A stretch of DNA of 32,000 nt from Mycoplasmoides pneumoniae FH (GCF_001272835.1 NZ_CP010546.1:242809-274808); one strand, 5' to 3'; positions 9,321 through 21,427 are shown, numbered from the stretch's first letter. Notes: a model not told the origin generated them from the sequence alone. Numbers and translations are program-made.

Positions 9321-10205
9321 ATGTCAGAACTGATTACAACACCTGTAGAAACCACCGCCAAAGCGGAACTCGTTTCCCTAGCTAAGCTCGGGGAAATGCG
9401 TACCCATGTCGGAATGGTTAAGCGTTACTGGAACCCCAAAATGGGCTTTTTTATTGAACCAGAACGCAAGCACAATAACGATCACTTTGTATTAGAGTTA
9501 CAACGTCAATCTTTGCAAACAGCTTACAACTACGTCAAGGAAGTAGCACAAAACAACGGTCAAATTCTCTTCGTTGGTACTAAGAACGATTATGTGAAAA
9601 AACTCGTTAATAATATCGCTAAACGGGTTCATGTTGCTTTTATTACTCAGCGCTGATTGGGTGGTACTTTAACTAACTTTAAAACACTTTCAATTTCAAT
9701 TAATAAACTCAATAAGTTAGTGGAAAAACAAGCGGAAAACGCGGCTGATTTAACTAAAAAGGAAAACTTGATGCTTTCCCGCGAAATTGAACGCTTGGAG
9801 AAGTTCTTTGGCGGGGTAAAATCACTTAAACGTTTACCGAACTTACTAATTGTGGATGACCCGGTATACGAAAAGAATGCGGTAGCGGAGGCTAACAGCT
9901 TGAGAATTCCTGTAGTAGCGTTGTGTAACACTAACACCAATCCGGAATTAGTTGACTTTATTATTCCCGCTAACAACCACCAACCCCAATCAACCTGCTT
10001 GTTGATGAACTTATTAGCTGATGCGGTGGCTGAAGCTAAGGCAATGCCAACCATGTTTGCTTACAAACCGGATGAGGAAATTCAAATTGAAATTCCCCAA
10101 AAACAAGAGGCACCACGCCAAGTTGTAAACCGTGCAAATTCTAAACAAATTACCTCTCAACGGTTAAACATTACTCGCAACCCAGAAGTTCTCACCCGTG
10201 AATAA
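9321..10205 (+). CDS. rpsB: 30S ribosomal protein S2
   Basis: MSELITTPVETTAKAELVSLAKLGEMRTHVGMVKRYWNPKMGFFIEPERK...; 294 aa across a TGA=Trp at about 9655-9657. Confidence 0.95.
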
Positions 10206-12816
10206 GTGAACTGGGTTGAGTGCTGCGGCCGTTTTAGAAAGCCGCGCACAGCATGGTGCTAATTTAATTCCTACAAAAAAATTAACCCCTTTTTGACTAC
10301 TGTTCTTAGAACAGTTCAAGAGCTTAGTGGTGATCTTACTGCTGGTAGCTACCATCCTTTCACTAGTGGTTGCCATTATTAGTGGGGTTAATGCTAACTG
10401 GTTGTTTGACCACAACCTTGTTATTGAGTGAACCCAACCGTTTGTAATTTTGATAACGGTGTTGGCCAACTCCCTGATTGGCTCCATTCAGGAATTTAAA
10501 GCGCAAAAGTCAGCTCACACCTTAAAGTCCCTAACGCAACCCTTTACGCGGGTATTCCGTGAAGAAGGCTTGGTTTCGTTACCGGTGGGTGAAGTTGTTG
10601 TCGGTGACATTATCTTTCTGGAAGCGGGTGATATTATTCCCGCTGACGGGAAGGTGCTGCAAGCGAACCACCTCCGCTGTATGGAGAGCTTTTTAACTGG
10701 TGAATCAGTCCCAGTTGATAAAAGTGTGGTTAACACCGGTGGCAAGGGTTTGTTGGAACAAACAAACCTACTCTTTTCTGGTGCCCAAGTGGTCTTTGGT
10801 AGTGGTGTATTCGAAGTAACTGCTGTGGGGTTAAATACCCAAGTCGGTCAAATTGTCAAAACAGTGGACAGTAGTGCAACTAAGCTATCGCCCCTACAGC
10901 AAAAACTGGAAAAAGTGGGGAAGTGGTTTAGCTGGTTTGGCCTTGGTTTATTCGTTGTCGTTTTCCTAGTGCAGTTAGGGTTACTTGGTTTTCACAACTT
11001 TAGCGCTAACTGATCGATTGCCTTAATTGGTGCAATTGCCTTAGTAGTCGCTATTATCCCTGAGGGCTTAGTGACCTTTATTAACGTCATTTTTGCCTTA
11101 AGTGTGCAGAAGCTCACCAAACAAAAGGCAATTATTAAGTACCTAGCTGCAATCGAAACACTCGGTGGCGTGCAAATCATTTGTACCGACAAAACTGGTA
11201 CTTTAACACAAAACAAGATGAAGGTCGTGGACTATTTCTGTTTTAGTAACACTACCCAAACAGACTTAGCACGTGCTTTGTGTTTGTGCAACAATGCTAC
11301 AGTCAACACTAACGGAGACAGCACCGGTGATCCAACTGAAATTGCCCTTTTGCAATGGTTGGACCGTGATGGTTTGGAATTAAACCACTACACACGCGTG
11401 TACGAAAAGGCATTTGATTCCAACCGCAAGCTTATGAGTGTGGTGGTGCAAAAGGACAACCGTTTTATTGTGATTGTCAAGGGCGCACACGATGTCTTGT
11501 TACCGTTATGTAAGGGCTTGGATAGCAACCAAATTAAGCCTTTAATTGATGAACGTGCTAGCAACGGCTTGCGCAACTTAGCGGTGGGACTCAAGGTTTT
11601 ATACTGCTTTGATCCAGAAAATACCCAAACTGTCAACGAATTGGAAAGCGAACTCGACTTTTTGGGTTTTGTTAGCTTACAAGATCCACCACGAATTGAA
11701 AGTAAAGCTGCCATTATGGCGTGTCACCAAGCCAACATTACCCCAATTATGATCACTGGTGATCACCTCAAAACCGCTACTGCAATTGCCAAAGAATTGG
11801 GCATTCTGACCGATGAAAGGCAAGCCATTTTAGGAGTCGATTTAGACCCCGCTAAAATTATGGAGTACCGCGTCTTTGCCAGAGTAACGCCGCAGCAAAA
11901 GCTAGAAATAGTTAATGCCTGAAAGCAAGCGGGTTACACGGTAGCCGTTACTGGTGATGGGGTCAATGATGCGCCCGCTTTAGTGACTAGTGATGTTGGT
12001 TGTTGTATGGGACAAACGGGGGTTGACATTGCCAAAGATGCCGCTGATGTCATTATTAGCGATGACAACTTTGCCACAATTGTTAACGGGATTGAACAGG
12101 GTCGTAAAACCTTTTTGACCTGTAAACGGGTGTTGTTTAACCTCTTTTTAACCTCAATTGCTGGCACGATTGTCGTGTTATTGGGTTTATTTGTATTAGG
12201 GGAAGTCTTTCGTGAACAACTCAGCAAAGCAAACCATAACTTCCAGGTCTTTACCCCTACGCAACTGCTAATTATTAACCTCTTTGTTCACGGCTTTCCC
12301 GCTGTGGCCTTAGCGATCCAACCCGTCCAGGAAAAACTGATGTTAAAACCGTTTTCCACCAAAAATCTGTTTTACAACCGTGGCGGGTTCGATTTAATCT
12401 GACAATCCTTGCTGTTGAGCTTTTTAACCCTACTTTTCTACAGTTTAGGGATGGTCTATGCCATTAATGATCCGGAGTTAGGCAAATCCGGTGATTTAAT
12501 TAACCGGGCTGGTGCGACCTGTGGTTTTATGGTGTTAGGGGGCAGTGCAGCTTTAAATTCCTTAAACCTAATGGTGGATCGACCATTGGTAGCTACTAAC
12601 CCAAAGCACTATGGCATTGTGTGACTAGGGGCGTTGTCCTCGATCTTTGTCTTCTTATTAATTATTTTCATTAACCCCTTGGGGTTAGTGTTTAGTACAT
12701 TAAAAGACCTTACTGCCCACCCGGTTTTAATTGGTTATAGCTTTGGGGGCGTGCTTTTATATATGACAATTAACGAAGTTGTTAAACTTATTAGGTTAAG
12801 TTATGGGTCTGTTTAA
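10198..12816 (+). CDS. pacL: Cation-transporting P-type ATPase (PacL/MgtA type)
   Basis: Frame 1 open from GTG 10198 to TAA 12814-12816 (872 aa) with TGA=Trp. [31 protein letters not shown], phosphorylation motif [23 protein letters not shown]. Confidence 0.93.
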
Positions 12817-15229
12817 CTTCTTGAAGTTAGTCTCCCCGCGTCATCGGATTTACCATAAGGCAAGTAAGATTGCCAACGAAGTCGAGGGACACAAAAATTA
12901 CTACCGCAACCTCACTGATGTACAGCTGCTGGAAGAGTCCAATAAGCTAGTGGATTTAGTGACAAAGCAAAACTACACCATTTTGGATGTGGCGGTGGCT
13001 GCTTTGGCCTTAATTCGCGAAGTGGTCTACCGTGAAACCGGGGAGTTTGCTTACAGAGTGCAAATTATTGGTGCTTACATCGTCTTGATCGGTGACTTTG
13101 CTGAAATGATGACTGGGGAAGGGAAAACCCTGACCATTGTTTTAGCAGCCTATGTCTCGGCGTTAGAAAAACGCGGTGTCCATGTGGTTACGGTCAATGA
13201 ATACCTAGCGCAGCGGGATGCTACTAACGCCACCAAGATCTTAAAGCGTGTTGGCATGACCGTTGGTTGTAACTTTGCTAACCTAGCACCACATTTAAAG
13301 CAAGCCGCGTTTGCTTGTGATGTAACTTACACCACTAACAGTGAACTCGGTTTTGATTATCTCAGGGACAATATGGTGCACCGCTTTGAGGACAAGAAGA
13401 TCCGCGAGTTGCACTTTGCGATAGTAGACGAAGGCGATTCGGTTCTCATTGATGAAGCGCGCACCCCTTTAATTATTTCTGGTCCTGCCAAAAACGAGTT
13501 TGCAGCATACGTGGCTGTTGATCGCTTTGTCAAAAAGCTCAAGGAAGACGAGTACAAGATTGACCCCGAATCACGTGCCCCCGCTTTAACAGAACTTGGC
13601 ATTAAGCACGCGGAAAAGAACTTTAAAACCGATAACCTGTTTGCGCTAGAAAACAGTGACCTGTTCCACAAGATTATTAACGCTTTAACCGCCGTTAAAG
13701 TTTTTGAGCAGGGCAAGGAGTACATTGTGCGTGATGGTAAGGTGTTAATTGTGGACCACTTTACTGGCCGAATCCTGGAGGGCAGGAGCTACAGTAATGG
13801 GCTCCACCAAGCGGTTCAGGCCAAGGAAATGGTCGAAATTGAACCAGAAAATGTGATAGTAGCTACGATTACCTACCAATCGTTTTTCCGTCTGTACAAC
13901 CGGTTGTCAGCGGTATCGGGTACCGCTTTTACTGAATCGGAGGAATTCCTCAAGATTTACAACATGGTGGTAGTACCCGTACCTACTAACCGACCCAATA
14001 TCCGCAAAGACCGTGCTGACAGCGTCTTTGGTACGCCCAACATTAAGTGGCTAGCAGTGGTCAAGGAAGTCAAACGGATCCACGAAACCGGGCGACCAAT
14101 CCTAATTGGGACCGCCAACATTGATGACTCGGAACTACTTCACAACTACCTCCAAGAAGCCAACATTCCCCACGAAGTTCTCAACGCCAAGAACCACTCT
14201 CGGGAAGCGGAAATAGTCGCTAAGGCGGGCCAAAAAGGGGCGGTGACCATTTCTACCAATATGGCGGGAAGAGGTACTGACATTCGTTTAGGTGAAGGGG
14301 TCGCTGAAATGGGCGGGTTGTATGTCCTTGGTACGGAACGCAACGAATCGCGCCGGATTGACAACCAACTGCGCGGTCGGGCGGGTCGGCAAGGCGATCG
14401 CGGTGAGACCAAGTTCTTTATCTCCTTGGGTGATGCCCTGTTCAAACGCTTTGCCCATGACCGGATTGAACGCGCCATTACTAAGTTAGGGAACGATACC
14501 TTTGACAGCTCCTTCTTTTCCAAGATGTTAAGCCGTACCCAAAAACGGGTCGAAGCAATTAACTTTGACACCAGAAAGAACTTAATTGATTATGACCATG
14601 TGTTGGCCAGTCAACGGGAATTGATCTACAAACAACGCGATAAGTTCTTATTAGCCACTGATCTCAGTGACATGATCGACAAGATGTTGGAAAAGTTTGT
14701 CGAGCAGTTCTGTGACCAGTACCGCAACCCTAAGAACCAAAACCTCGTTAACCACATTGCTTTATCAGAGGCCTTAAACCTGGAATTAAACATGCACGGT
14801 GTTATTAGTCCGAAGCTGTTTGAAAACATGACTTTTGATGCGACTGTCCATAAAACCCACAGTTTAATTGGTGAAAAGATTACCAATAAGGTCAAGGTCT
14901 TAACCCCCCCAATTGCCCTCATCCGTTTTCGTGAAATTATGATCACAGCAATGGACAAGCACTGAATCGAACACTTAGACAATGTCTTTAAGCTCAGGGA
15001 AGGGGTTACCTTGCGCTCGATGGAACAAACGAGTCCCCTCAACGTTTACATTCGCGAAACCGACATCTTGTTCCAAACAATGTTGCAAAAGATTGCTCGG
15101 GACGTCATTATCCAAATTGCTAACTTAGCGACTCCCGAAGAGTTTGATGAGGAACTAATGAAGGCTAACGCCTTGAAGAAGTTGCAAGCACTTAGAGAAG
15201 CTCATGAAAAGTCCAACCAAGGACAGTAA
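12803..15229 (+). CDS. secA: Preprotein translocase ATPase SecA
   Basis: 808 aa in frame 2 (TGA=Trp at 14963-14965). MTGEGKTL, YTTNSELGFDYLRDNM, ISTNMAGRGTDIRLG, RGRAGRQGD. Confidence 0.95.
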
Positions 15230-17177
15230 ACTGTTCCACCTCAAGAGTAACTTTGCCCCCACTGGGGACCAACCAGCGGCGATTGCTAAGTTAGCTGAGT
15301 TTCAAACCAATGAACAGGTCTTACTCGGTGCTACGGGTACCGGTAAGACCTTTACGATTGCCAACGTTATTCAAAAGGTACAACTGCCTACAGTAGTGAT
15401 TGCCCACAATAAAACGTTAGCGGGACAGCTTTATCAGGAGTTGAAGGAGTTATTCCCTAATAATGCGGTGGAGTACTTCATCTCCTACTTTGACTTTTAC
15501 CAACCAGAGGCTTATCTGCCCGCTAAGGGGGTTTACATTGAAAAGAGTGCAACTGTTAACGAAGAGATTAAACGGTTACGAGTGTCCACCTTACATTCAC
15601 TCTCTACCCGCAAGGATGTGATTGTGGTGGGTTCGGTAGCCAGTATTTACCCAACTTCTTCTCCCGCTGATTTCGCCCAGTACTCGCTCTGGTTAGTAGT
15701 TGGTAAGGAATACGGTTTAAGTGAGTTAAAAACGCAGTTAATTCACCTAAACTATGTTGTTAATAAACAACAGTTAACTCCGGGAAAGTTCCGCTTTCAG
15801 GGCGATGTTGTTGAAGTGTTTCCTGGTTATGCGCAGGATTATGTCTTGCGGCTTTCCTTCTTTGACCAGCAACTAGAACAAATTGCTCGCATCGATCCCT
15901 TAACTAACAAGGTATTGGAAACCCTTAACAGCTTTAAGTTAGGTCCCGCTGATGAGTACATAGTAAACCAAAATGACTTAGGAGTAGCCTTAGACACGAT
16001 TAAGGCCGAACTCAAAGATCGCTTAAAGTACTTTGAACGGTTAAACTTCCCCGAACGTGCCCAGCGCTTACAAACGATTACCGAACACGATTTAGCAGAT
16101 CTGAAGGCCTGGGGGGTATGTAGTGGCGTGGAAAACTATGCGCGGCATTTAGAACACCGCCCACCGCACTCCAAGCCGTATAACATCTTTGATTACTTTA
16201 CTAAAGGTGAATGGCTATTGGTAGTTGATGAATCCCACCAAACGCTACCGCAAATTAAGGGGATGTACAACACCGATATTTCACGGAAACAAAGCCTAAT
16301 TGAGTACGGTTTTCGCCTCCCTTCAGCTTTAGACAACCGTCCTTTATCCTATGAGGAATTCCGCCAGGGAATCAACAAGGTCATTTATGTATCCGCTACC
16401 CCTAGGGAAGAGGAAATTCAGTTAAGTCACAACAACGTGGTCGAACAGTTAGTGCGTCCCACCTACCTCTTGGACCCGGAAGTGATTGTGAAACCGAAGG
16501 ACAACCAGGTTGAAGACCTAGTGAGTGAAATCATTAACCAAAGAAAACACAACGGTCGTACCTTTGTCACGGTGTTAACGATTAAGATGGCGGAAAACCT
16601 GACTGACTTTTTGAAGGAGCGCAACATTAAGGTAGCGTACATCCACAAGGATATTAAAGCCTTGGAACGTTTAATTCTGTTAACGGATTTACGCAAAGGT
16701 GAGTATGAGTGTTTAGTGGGGATTAACTTACTGCGAGAAGGTTTAGATGTTCCTGAAGTTTCACTCGTAGCCATCTTTGACGCTGACATTCCTGGATTAC
16801 CACGCGATGAGCGCAGTTTAATCCAGATAATTGGCCGCGCTGCGCGAAACGTTCATGGCCGGGTGATTATGTATGCCAATACCATTAGCGAACAAATGGA
16901 TAAGGCGATTAAGGAAACGCAACGCCGGCGCACCATCCAAATGGCTTACAACGAACAACACCACAAAACACCAATGACGGTGCAAAAACCAATTACCTTA
17001 AACCAGCCGATTAAGTTAAAGACCAAAAGCTCAGAGCAGCAAAAAGCTGCTTTAATTAAGCAGCTAACCAAGGAAATGAAGCAAGCAGCCGCTAACCAAA
17101 ACTATGAGTTAGCGATTGAGATCCGCGACTCGATCTTTGAATTGGAAAAGCAATTTCGTGGTAAAATTAAGAGCTAG
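15204..17177 (+). CDS. uvrB: Excinuclease ABC subunit B
   Basis: 657 aa; GATGTGKTFTIANVI, YFISYFDFYQPEAYLP, VLVGINLLREGLDVPEVSLVAIFDAD-like motif, C-terminal UVR domain. Confidence 0.97.
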   Translation: MKSPTKDSKLFHLKSNFAPTGDQPAAIAKLAEFQTNEQVLLGATGTGKTFTIANVIQKVQLPTVVIAHNKTLAGQLYQELKELFPNNAVEYFISYFDFYQPEAYLPAKGVYIEKSATVNEEIKRLRVSTLHSLSTRKDVIVVGSVASIYPTSSPADFAQYSLWLVVGKEYGLSELKTQLIHLNYVVNKQQLTPGKFRFQGDVVEVFPGYAQDYVLRLSFFDQQLEQIARIDPLTNKVLETLNSFKLGPADEYIVNQNDLGVALDTIKAELKDRLKYFERLNFPERAQRLQTITEHDLADLKAWGVCSGVENYARHLEHRPPHSKPYNIFDYFTKGEWLLVVDESHQTLPQIKGMYNTDISRKQSLIEYGFRLPSALDNRPLSYEEFRQGINKVIYVSATPREEEIQLSHNNVVEQLVRPTYLLDPEVIVKPKDNQVEDLVSEIINQRKHNGRTFVTVLTIKMAENLTDFLKERNIKVAYIHKDIKALERLILLTDLRKGEYECLVGINLLREGLDVPEVSLVAIFDADIPGLPRDERSLIQIIGRAARNVHGRVIMYANTISEQMDKAIKETQRRRTIQMAYNEQHHKTPMTVQKPITLNQPIKLKTKSSEQQKAALIKQLTKEMKQAAANQNYELAIEIRDSIFELEKQFRGKIKS

Positions 17178-17179
17178 CA

Positions 17180-17587
17180 ATGCGTAAACTAATTAAATTA
17201 AACGTCATTGTCTTTGTCTTGTTGTACTTGGGCGAGCTGTTTGCCAGCCTTTCGTTCAAGTTAATCAGTTGCCTCAAGACACGCAACCAGTACTCCTTAA
17301 ACGGGTACTATGCGTTGTTTGTCTTTGTCAACATCATCCAAAAGATGGCTAACTCTTTCCAAAAGTTAGCTTCCTCAGTTGTGTTGTTTGAAACTGAAAT
17401 TAACGAATTTTTAGTTCTCTTTACTGATACAAAGAATAAGCGTGAGGAGAGTGAACCAGTGCGCCAGGTGTCAACAACCCAAGAGTATCACCAGGTTACG
17501 CTCGACCAACAACACTACTTTAACCACAAACTGAGCGATTACTTCCGTTTGTTTAAGGACAAAACTTTCTTCTTTGAAATTATCTAG
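17180..17587 (+). CDS. Hypothetical small protein with hydrophobic N-terminus (135 aa)
   Basis: ATG 17180 three bases after the uvrB stop; MRKLIKLNVIVFVLLYLGELFASLSFKLIS...; immediate gene packing supports translation. Confidence 0.7.
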   Translation: MRKLIKLNVIVFVLLYLGELFASLSFKLISCLKTRNQYSLNGYYALFVFVNIIQKMANSFQKLASSVVLFETEINEFLVLFTDTKNKREESEPVRQVSTTQEYHQVTLDQQHYFNHKLSDYFRLFKDKTFFFEII

Positions 17588-17691
17588 TTACTAAATTGAC
17601 CTGAATTGCAACCTTTCAGGCACTTTTTACTGTTAGTAACTAGTCTTTTTTCATTTCAATATTTAAGTTTTTAATTTAACCAATTTTTACT

Positions 17692-20600
17692 ATGAAGCTT
17701 AGTGCTATTATCTCCCTATCAGTCGCTGGTACTGTGGGAACAACTGCGGTGGTAGTACCTACAACTATAACGCTTGTAAATAAGACCCACCAAGTAGAAC
17801 ATGAATCAGAACAATCGGATTTTCAAGATATTCGCTTTGGTCTTAATAGTGTTAAGTTGCCAAAAGCACAGCCAGCTGCGGCAACTAGAATTACCGTGGA
17901 AAACGGGACTGATAAATTAGTCAACTATAAGTCCTCACCACAACAACTCTTTTTAGCGAAGAACGCGCTTAAGGATAAACTCCAAGGTGAGTTTGATAAA
18001 TTCCTAAGTGATGCGAAGGCCTTCCCAGCGCTAACCGCTGATTTACAGGAATGGGTTGACCAACAGCTGTTTAATCCAAACCAAAGTTTCTTTGATTTAA
18101 GTGCGCCCAGGTCAAACTTTACCCTTTCATCTGACAAAAAGGCTAGTTTAGACTTTATCTTCCGCTTTACTAACTTCACCGAATCCGTTCAGTTGTTAAA
18201 ACTACCAGAAGGTGTATCGGTTGTAGTTGACTCCAAACAAAGCTTTGATTACTATGTCAATGCTAGTGCCCAAAAATTATTAGTTCTACCGCTGTCTTTA
18301 CCAGATTACACTTTGGGTTTAAACTATATGTTTGACCACATTACTTTAAACGGTAAGGTTGTCAATAAATTTAGTTTTAATCCGTTCAAAACGAATTTAA
18401 ACCTCGCCTTTAGCAACGTTTACAATGGCGTTGATGTGTTTGAAGCACAAAAGAATTTAGTAGGTAAGGGTAAATACCTCAACACCCACGTGAAGGCTGA
18501 AGACGTAAAGAAGGACGTTAATGCCAACATTAAAAACCAATTTGACATTGCCAAAATTATCGCTGAGCTAATGGGTAAAGCCCTTAAAGAATTTGGCAAT
18601 CAACAAGAAGGTCAACCATTATCCTTCCTAAAGGTAATGGATAAAGTTAAAGAAGATTTTGAAAAACTGTTTAACTTAGTCCGTCCTGGATTGGGTAAAT
18701 TTGTTAAGGACTTAATCCAAAGTAGTAGTCAAGCAGAAAACAAGATAACTGTCTACAAGTTAATCTTTGACAACAAAAAGACCATCTTAAACCTACTTAA
18801 AGAGCTTTCCATTCCGGAATTAAACTCTTCTTTAGGTTTAGTGGACGTCTTGTTTGATGTCATTACTGACTCTGATGGTCTCTATGAAAGGTTGCAATCT
18901 TTCAAAGACTTAATCGTTCCAGCAGTTAAAACGAATGAAAAAACCGCGGCTTTAAGTCCATTAATTGAAGAGTTATTAACCCAAAAGGATACCTATGTGT
19001 TTGACTTAATTCAAAAACACAAGGGTATCTTGACTAACTTGTTAAAGAACTTCTTAGCTGATTTCCAAAAATCAACGCCGTTTATGGCTGATCAAGTAGC
19101 CATCTTCACTGAGTTATTTGACAACGAAGGTGCGTTTGATTTATTTGGTGAGGCTGACTTTGTTGACAAGATTGCCGAACTCTTCTTAACAAAGCGTACT
19201 GTTAAAAATGGTGAAAAAATTGAAACTAAAGATTCCCTACTGGTAACATCATTAAAGAGTCTTTTAGGGGAAAAGGTAGCTGCCTTAGATGATTTGTTAG
19301 ATAGCTACATCTTTAAAAATGAATTACTTAACCGCAGTGTAGAAGTGGCTAAGGCTGAAGCTAAGGACACTAAAGGTGCTACCGATTACAAAAAGGAACA
19401 AGCTAAGGCGCTCAAAAAACTCTTTAAACACATTGGTGAAAACACTTTAAGTAAAACCAATCTCGATAAAATCACCTTAAAAGAAGTTAAAAACACCGAA
19501 AATGTTGAATTAGAAGAAACTGAAACAACCTTAAAGGTTAAAAAACTCGATGTTGAATACAAGGTAGAACTTGGCAACTTTGAAATCAAGAATGGCTTGA
19601 TTAAGGCAATGCTCGAATTCTTGCCAGACCCTAAAGATTTAGAAACAACTTTAGATAAACTCTTGTTCAAAGGGGAAAGCTACAAAGCGATGAAAGACAA
19701 GTACATCAAGGAAGGTTTCCCTGGTTATGGTTGGGCTAAAGGAGTAGTCCCTGGGGCCTTTGAATCTATTGAAAATACTTTTAAGAGTGCTATTGATAAA
19801 ACCAAGTCCATTCGTGATCTCTTTGGCGACATGCTCTTTGGTAACGATTTAAGCAGCGTTAAAGAAACTGATTCATTCATCACCCTAGGTGGTTCGTTCG
19901 ACATTAAGTATGGCGGTGAAAATCTCAATGTGTTGCCAGCTTACTACTCTTTAATTAACAGCGAAATTGGCTATCAAATTATTGGTGTAGATACCACAAT
20001 TGATGCAACTAAGGTAAAAGTTGAATTAAAAAACAAAGAGTATAAGGGTAAATCGCCAGCTATTAACGGTCAGGTGAAGTTGTCACAATCATTCTTTAAT
20101 GTTTGGACAAATATGTTTGACAGCATTACCAAACAAATCTTCCAAAAGAAATACGAGTTCAAAGATAACATCCAAGTGTTTGCGCGAAACGAAGATAACA
20201 CATCACGTTTAGAACTTGACATTTCTGATCCTGAACAACGGGTAATTCCATTTGCTTTTGTTGATGGCTTTGGCATTCAACTCAAAGCAGTTGACAAAAA
20301 CATTACGAAAGAAGCAGGTAATACTGAGCCAAAATCTCCTGTAATTCAACTTTATGAGGCACTTAATAAAGAAAAAGATCAAAAACAACAAAGTAAACAA
20401 TCTCCAAAACAACTTGATACTAAAACACAGTTGGGTTACCTATTGAAATTAGGCGACAATTGGAGTAAAGATGATTACAAAAGCTTAATTGATGATACGA
20501 TCATCAATAACAACTATTTAGAGGCCAGCTTTAATTCCAAGATAACGGTTGATCGCTTGGGTATTCCTATTGACCTTTGATTGTTTAAGATTTGACCTAA

Positions 20601-20784
20601 GTTCAATTTGGAAATCCCAATGCAAGGTTCCTTACAACTTTACAGTAGTAGTGTTATCTTCCCATACGGTATTTATGACACCAGTGTTCAAGATGCTACG
20701 AAGATTGTGAAGCGTCTGAACTTTACTGACATGGGCTTCAAACTCAACGATCCAAAACCTAACTTCTGGTTCGTTGGTTTTTAG
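17692..20784 (+). CDS. P116-type surface antigen (116 kDa immunodominant surface protein)
   Basis: Frame 1 open 17692 to TAG 20782-20784 with TGA=Trp (1030 aa). N-terminal signal/anchor [29 protein letters not shown]; position upstream of opp as expected for M. pneumoniae P116. Confidence 0.85.
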
Positions 20785-21197
20785 AGCAGACTAACTACTA
20801 TACTGATTAAGCTACCTAGAAGGTAAAGCGAGAAGTTCATCCACCAAAACCCGCGGGTTTGTTTACGGTAGGATGAACTTTTTGCTTTATACTCGTCAAA
20901 ACTAATGTTGGGCTTGGCGTATATACTACCTAGTTTTAGATATTGGTTAAACTTGCTAATTTCGTACCGTGCTCCATCACAGGTCTTTAAGCGCACTATA
21001 CCTTGGAGACACACAAGCAATCAAACAACGACAAAACTAACAACACAACTGTTTTTCAGAATTAGGTTAATGTTGTTAGTTTTATTGAAAAAAACGGTTA
21101 AATTCAAAATGGCGAAGAAAAGCACAATGTAAATTGTGCTTACTATTAACCCGCCGTATTCACGCGGCTTCGAATTTGTGGTTTGTGTACCTAACAT
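20781..21197 (-). CDS. Small hypothetical membrane protein (138 aa), minus strand
   Basis: The two minus ORFs in the track are one frame joined across TGA (21023..21021)=Trp. ATG complement at 21195-21197, TAA complement at 20781-20783. Hydrophobic segments [45 protein letters not shown] and [22 protein letters not shown]. Confidence 0.6.
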
Positions 21198-21269
21198 GTA
21201 CTTACTAGTATCGTTTTTTTGTAGAATGTTTTGAACCACTAACAATGTTTTTAGCGACTAAAATGCTGT

Positions 21270-21297
21270 TTGACTCCGAGTGGAAACCGATTATAAA
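21270..21297 (+). promoter_or_regulatory. Near-consensus promoter upstream of the opp leader
   Basis: TTGACT (21270-21275), 16-nt spacer, TATAAA (21292-21297). Confidence 0.6.
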
Positions 21298-21334
21298 TCG
21301 CGTTTCCCTGTAGCCATCTGCACTTTTAGTTGGA

Positions 21335-21364
21335 CTGGTTACATCAAATCTTTCAGGTAACCAG
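21335..21364 (+). promoter_or_regulatory. Perfect 8-bp hairpin in the oppB leader
   Basis: CTGGTTAC (21335-21342) and GTAACCAG (21357-21364). Confidence 0.55.
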
Positions 21365-21380
21365 AATATTAGCATGCTGA

Positions 21381-21406
21381 GGGACCTGAGAACCAGGTTC
21401 CTTTTT
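21381..21406 (+). terminator. Intrinsic terminator-like hairpin just upstream of oppB (possible attenuator)
   Basis: GGGACCTG-AGAAC-CAGGTTCC followed by TTTTTC; 27 nt before the first possible oppB start. Confidence 0.7.
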
Positions 21407-21427
21407 CTTTTTTATTAGTATTCGAAA

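Noticed and set aside
10198-12816. ORF track shows the P-type ATPase, and also ptsG, oppF, tilS and others, broken into several pieces
   Set aside because: All breaks are in-frame TGA at positions expected for Trp; with genetic code 4 each gene is a single intact frame, so these are not pseudogenes or split genes.
13357-14571. Antisense ORFs of 122-141 aa inside secA, and similar ones in uvrB, P116 and the ATPase
   Set aside because: Shadow ORFs opposite strongly supported conserved proteins; no independent motif or RBS.
21282-21307. GGAAAC-CGAT-TATAA-ATCG-C-GTTTCC hairpin near the opp leader
   Set aside because: It overlaps the predicted -10 and would mostly lie upstream of the predicted transcript start, so it is probably promoter sequence rather than part of the RNA leader.
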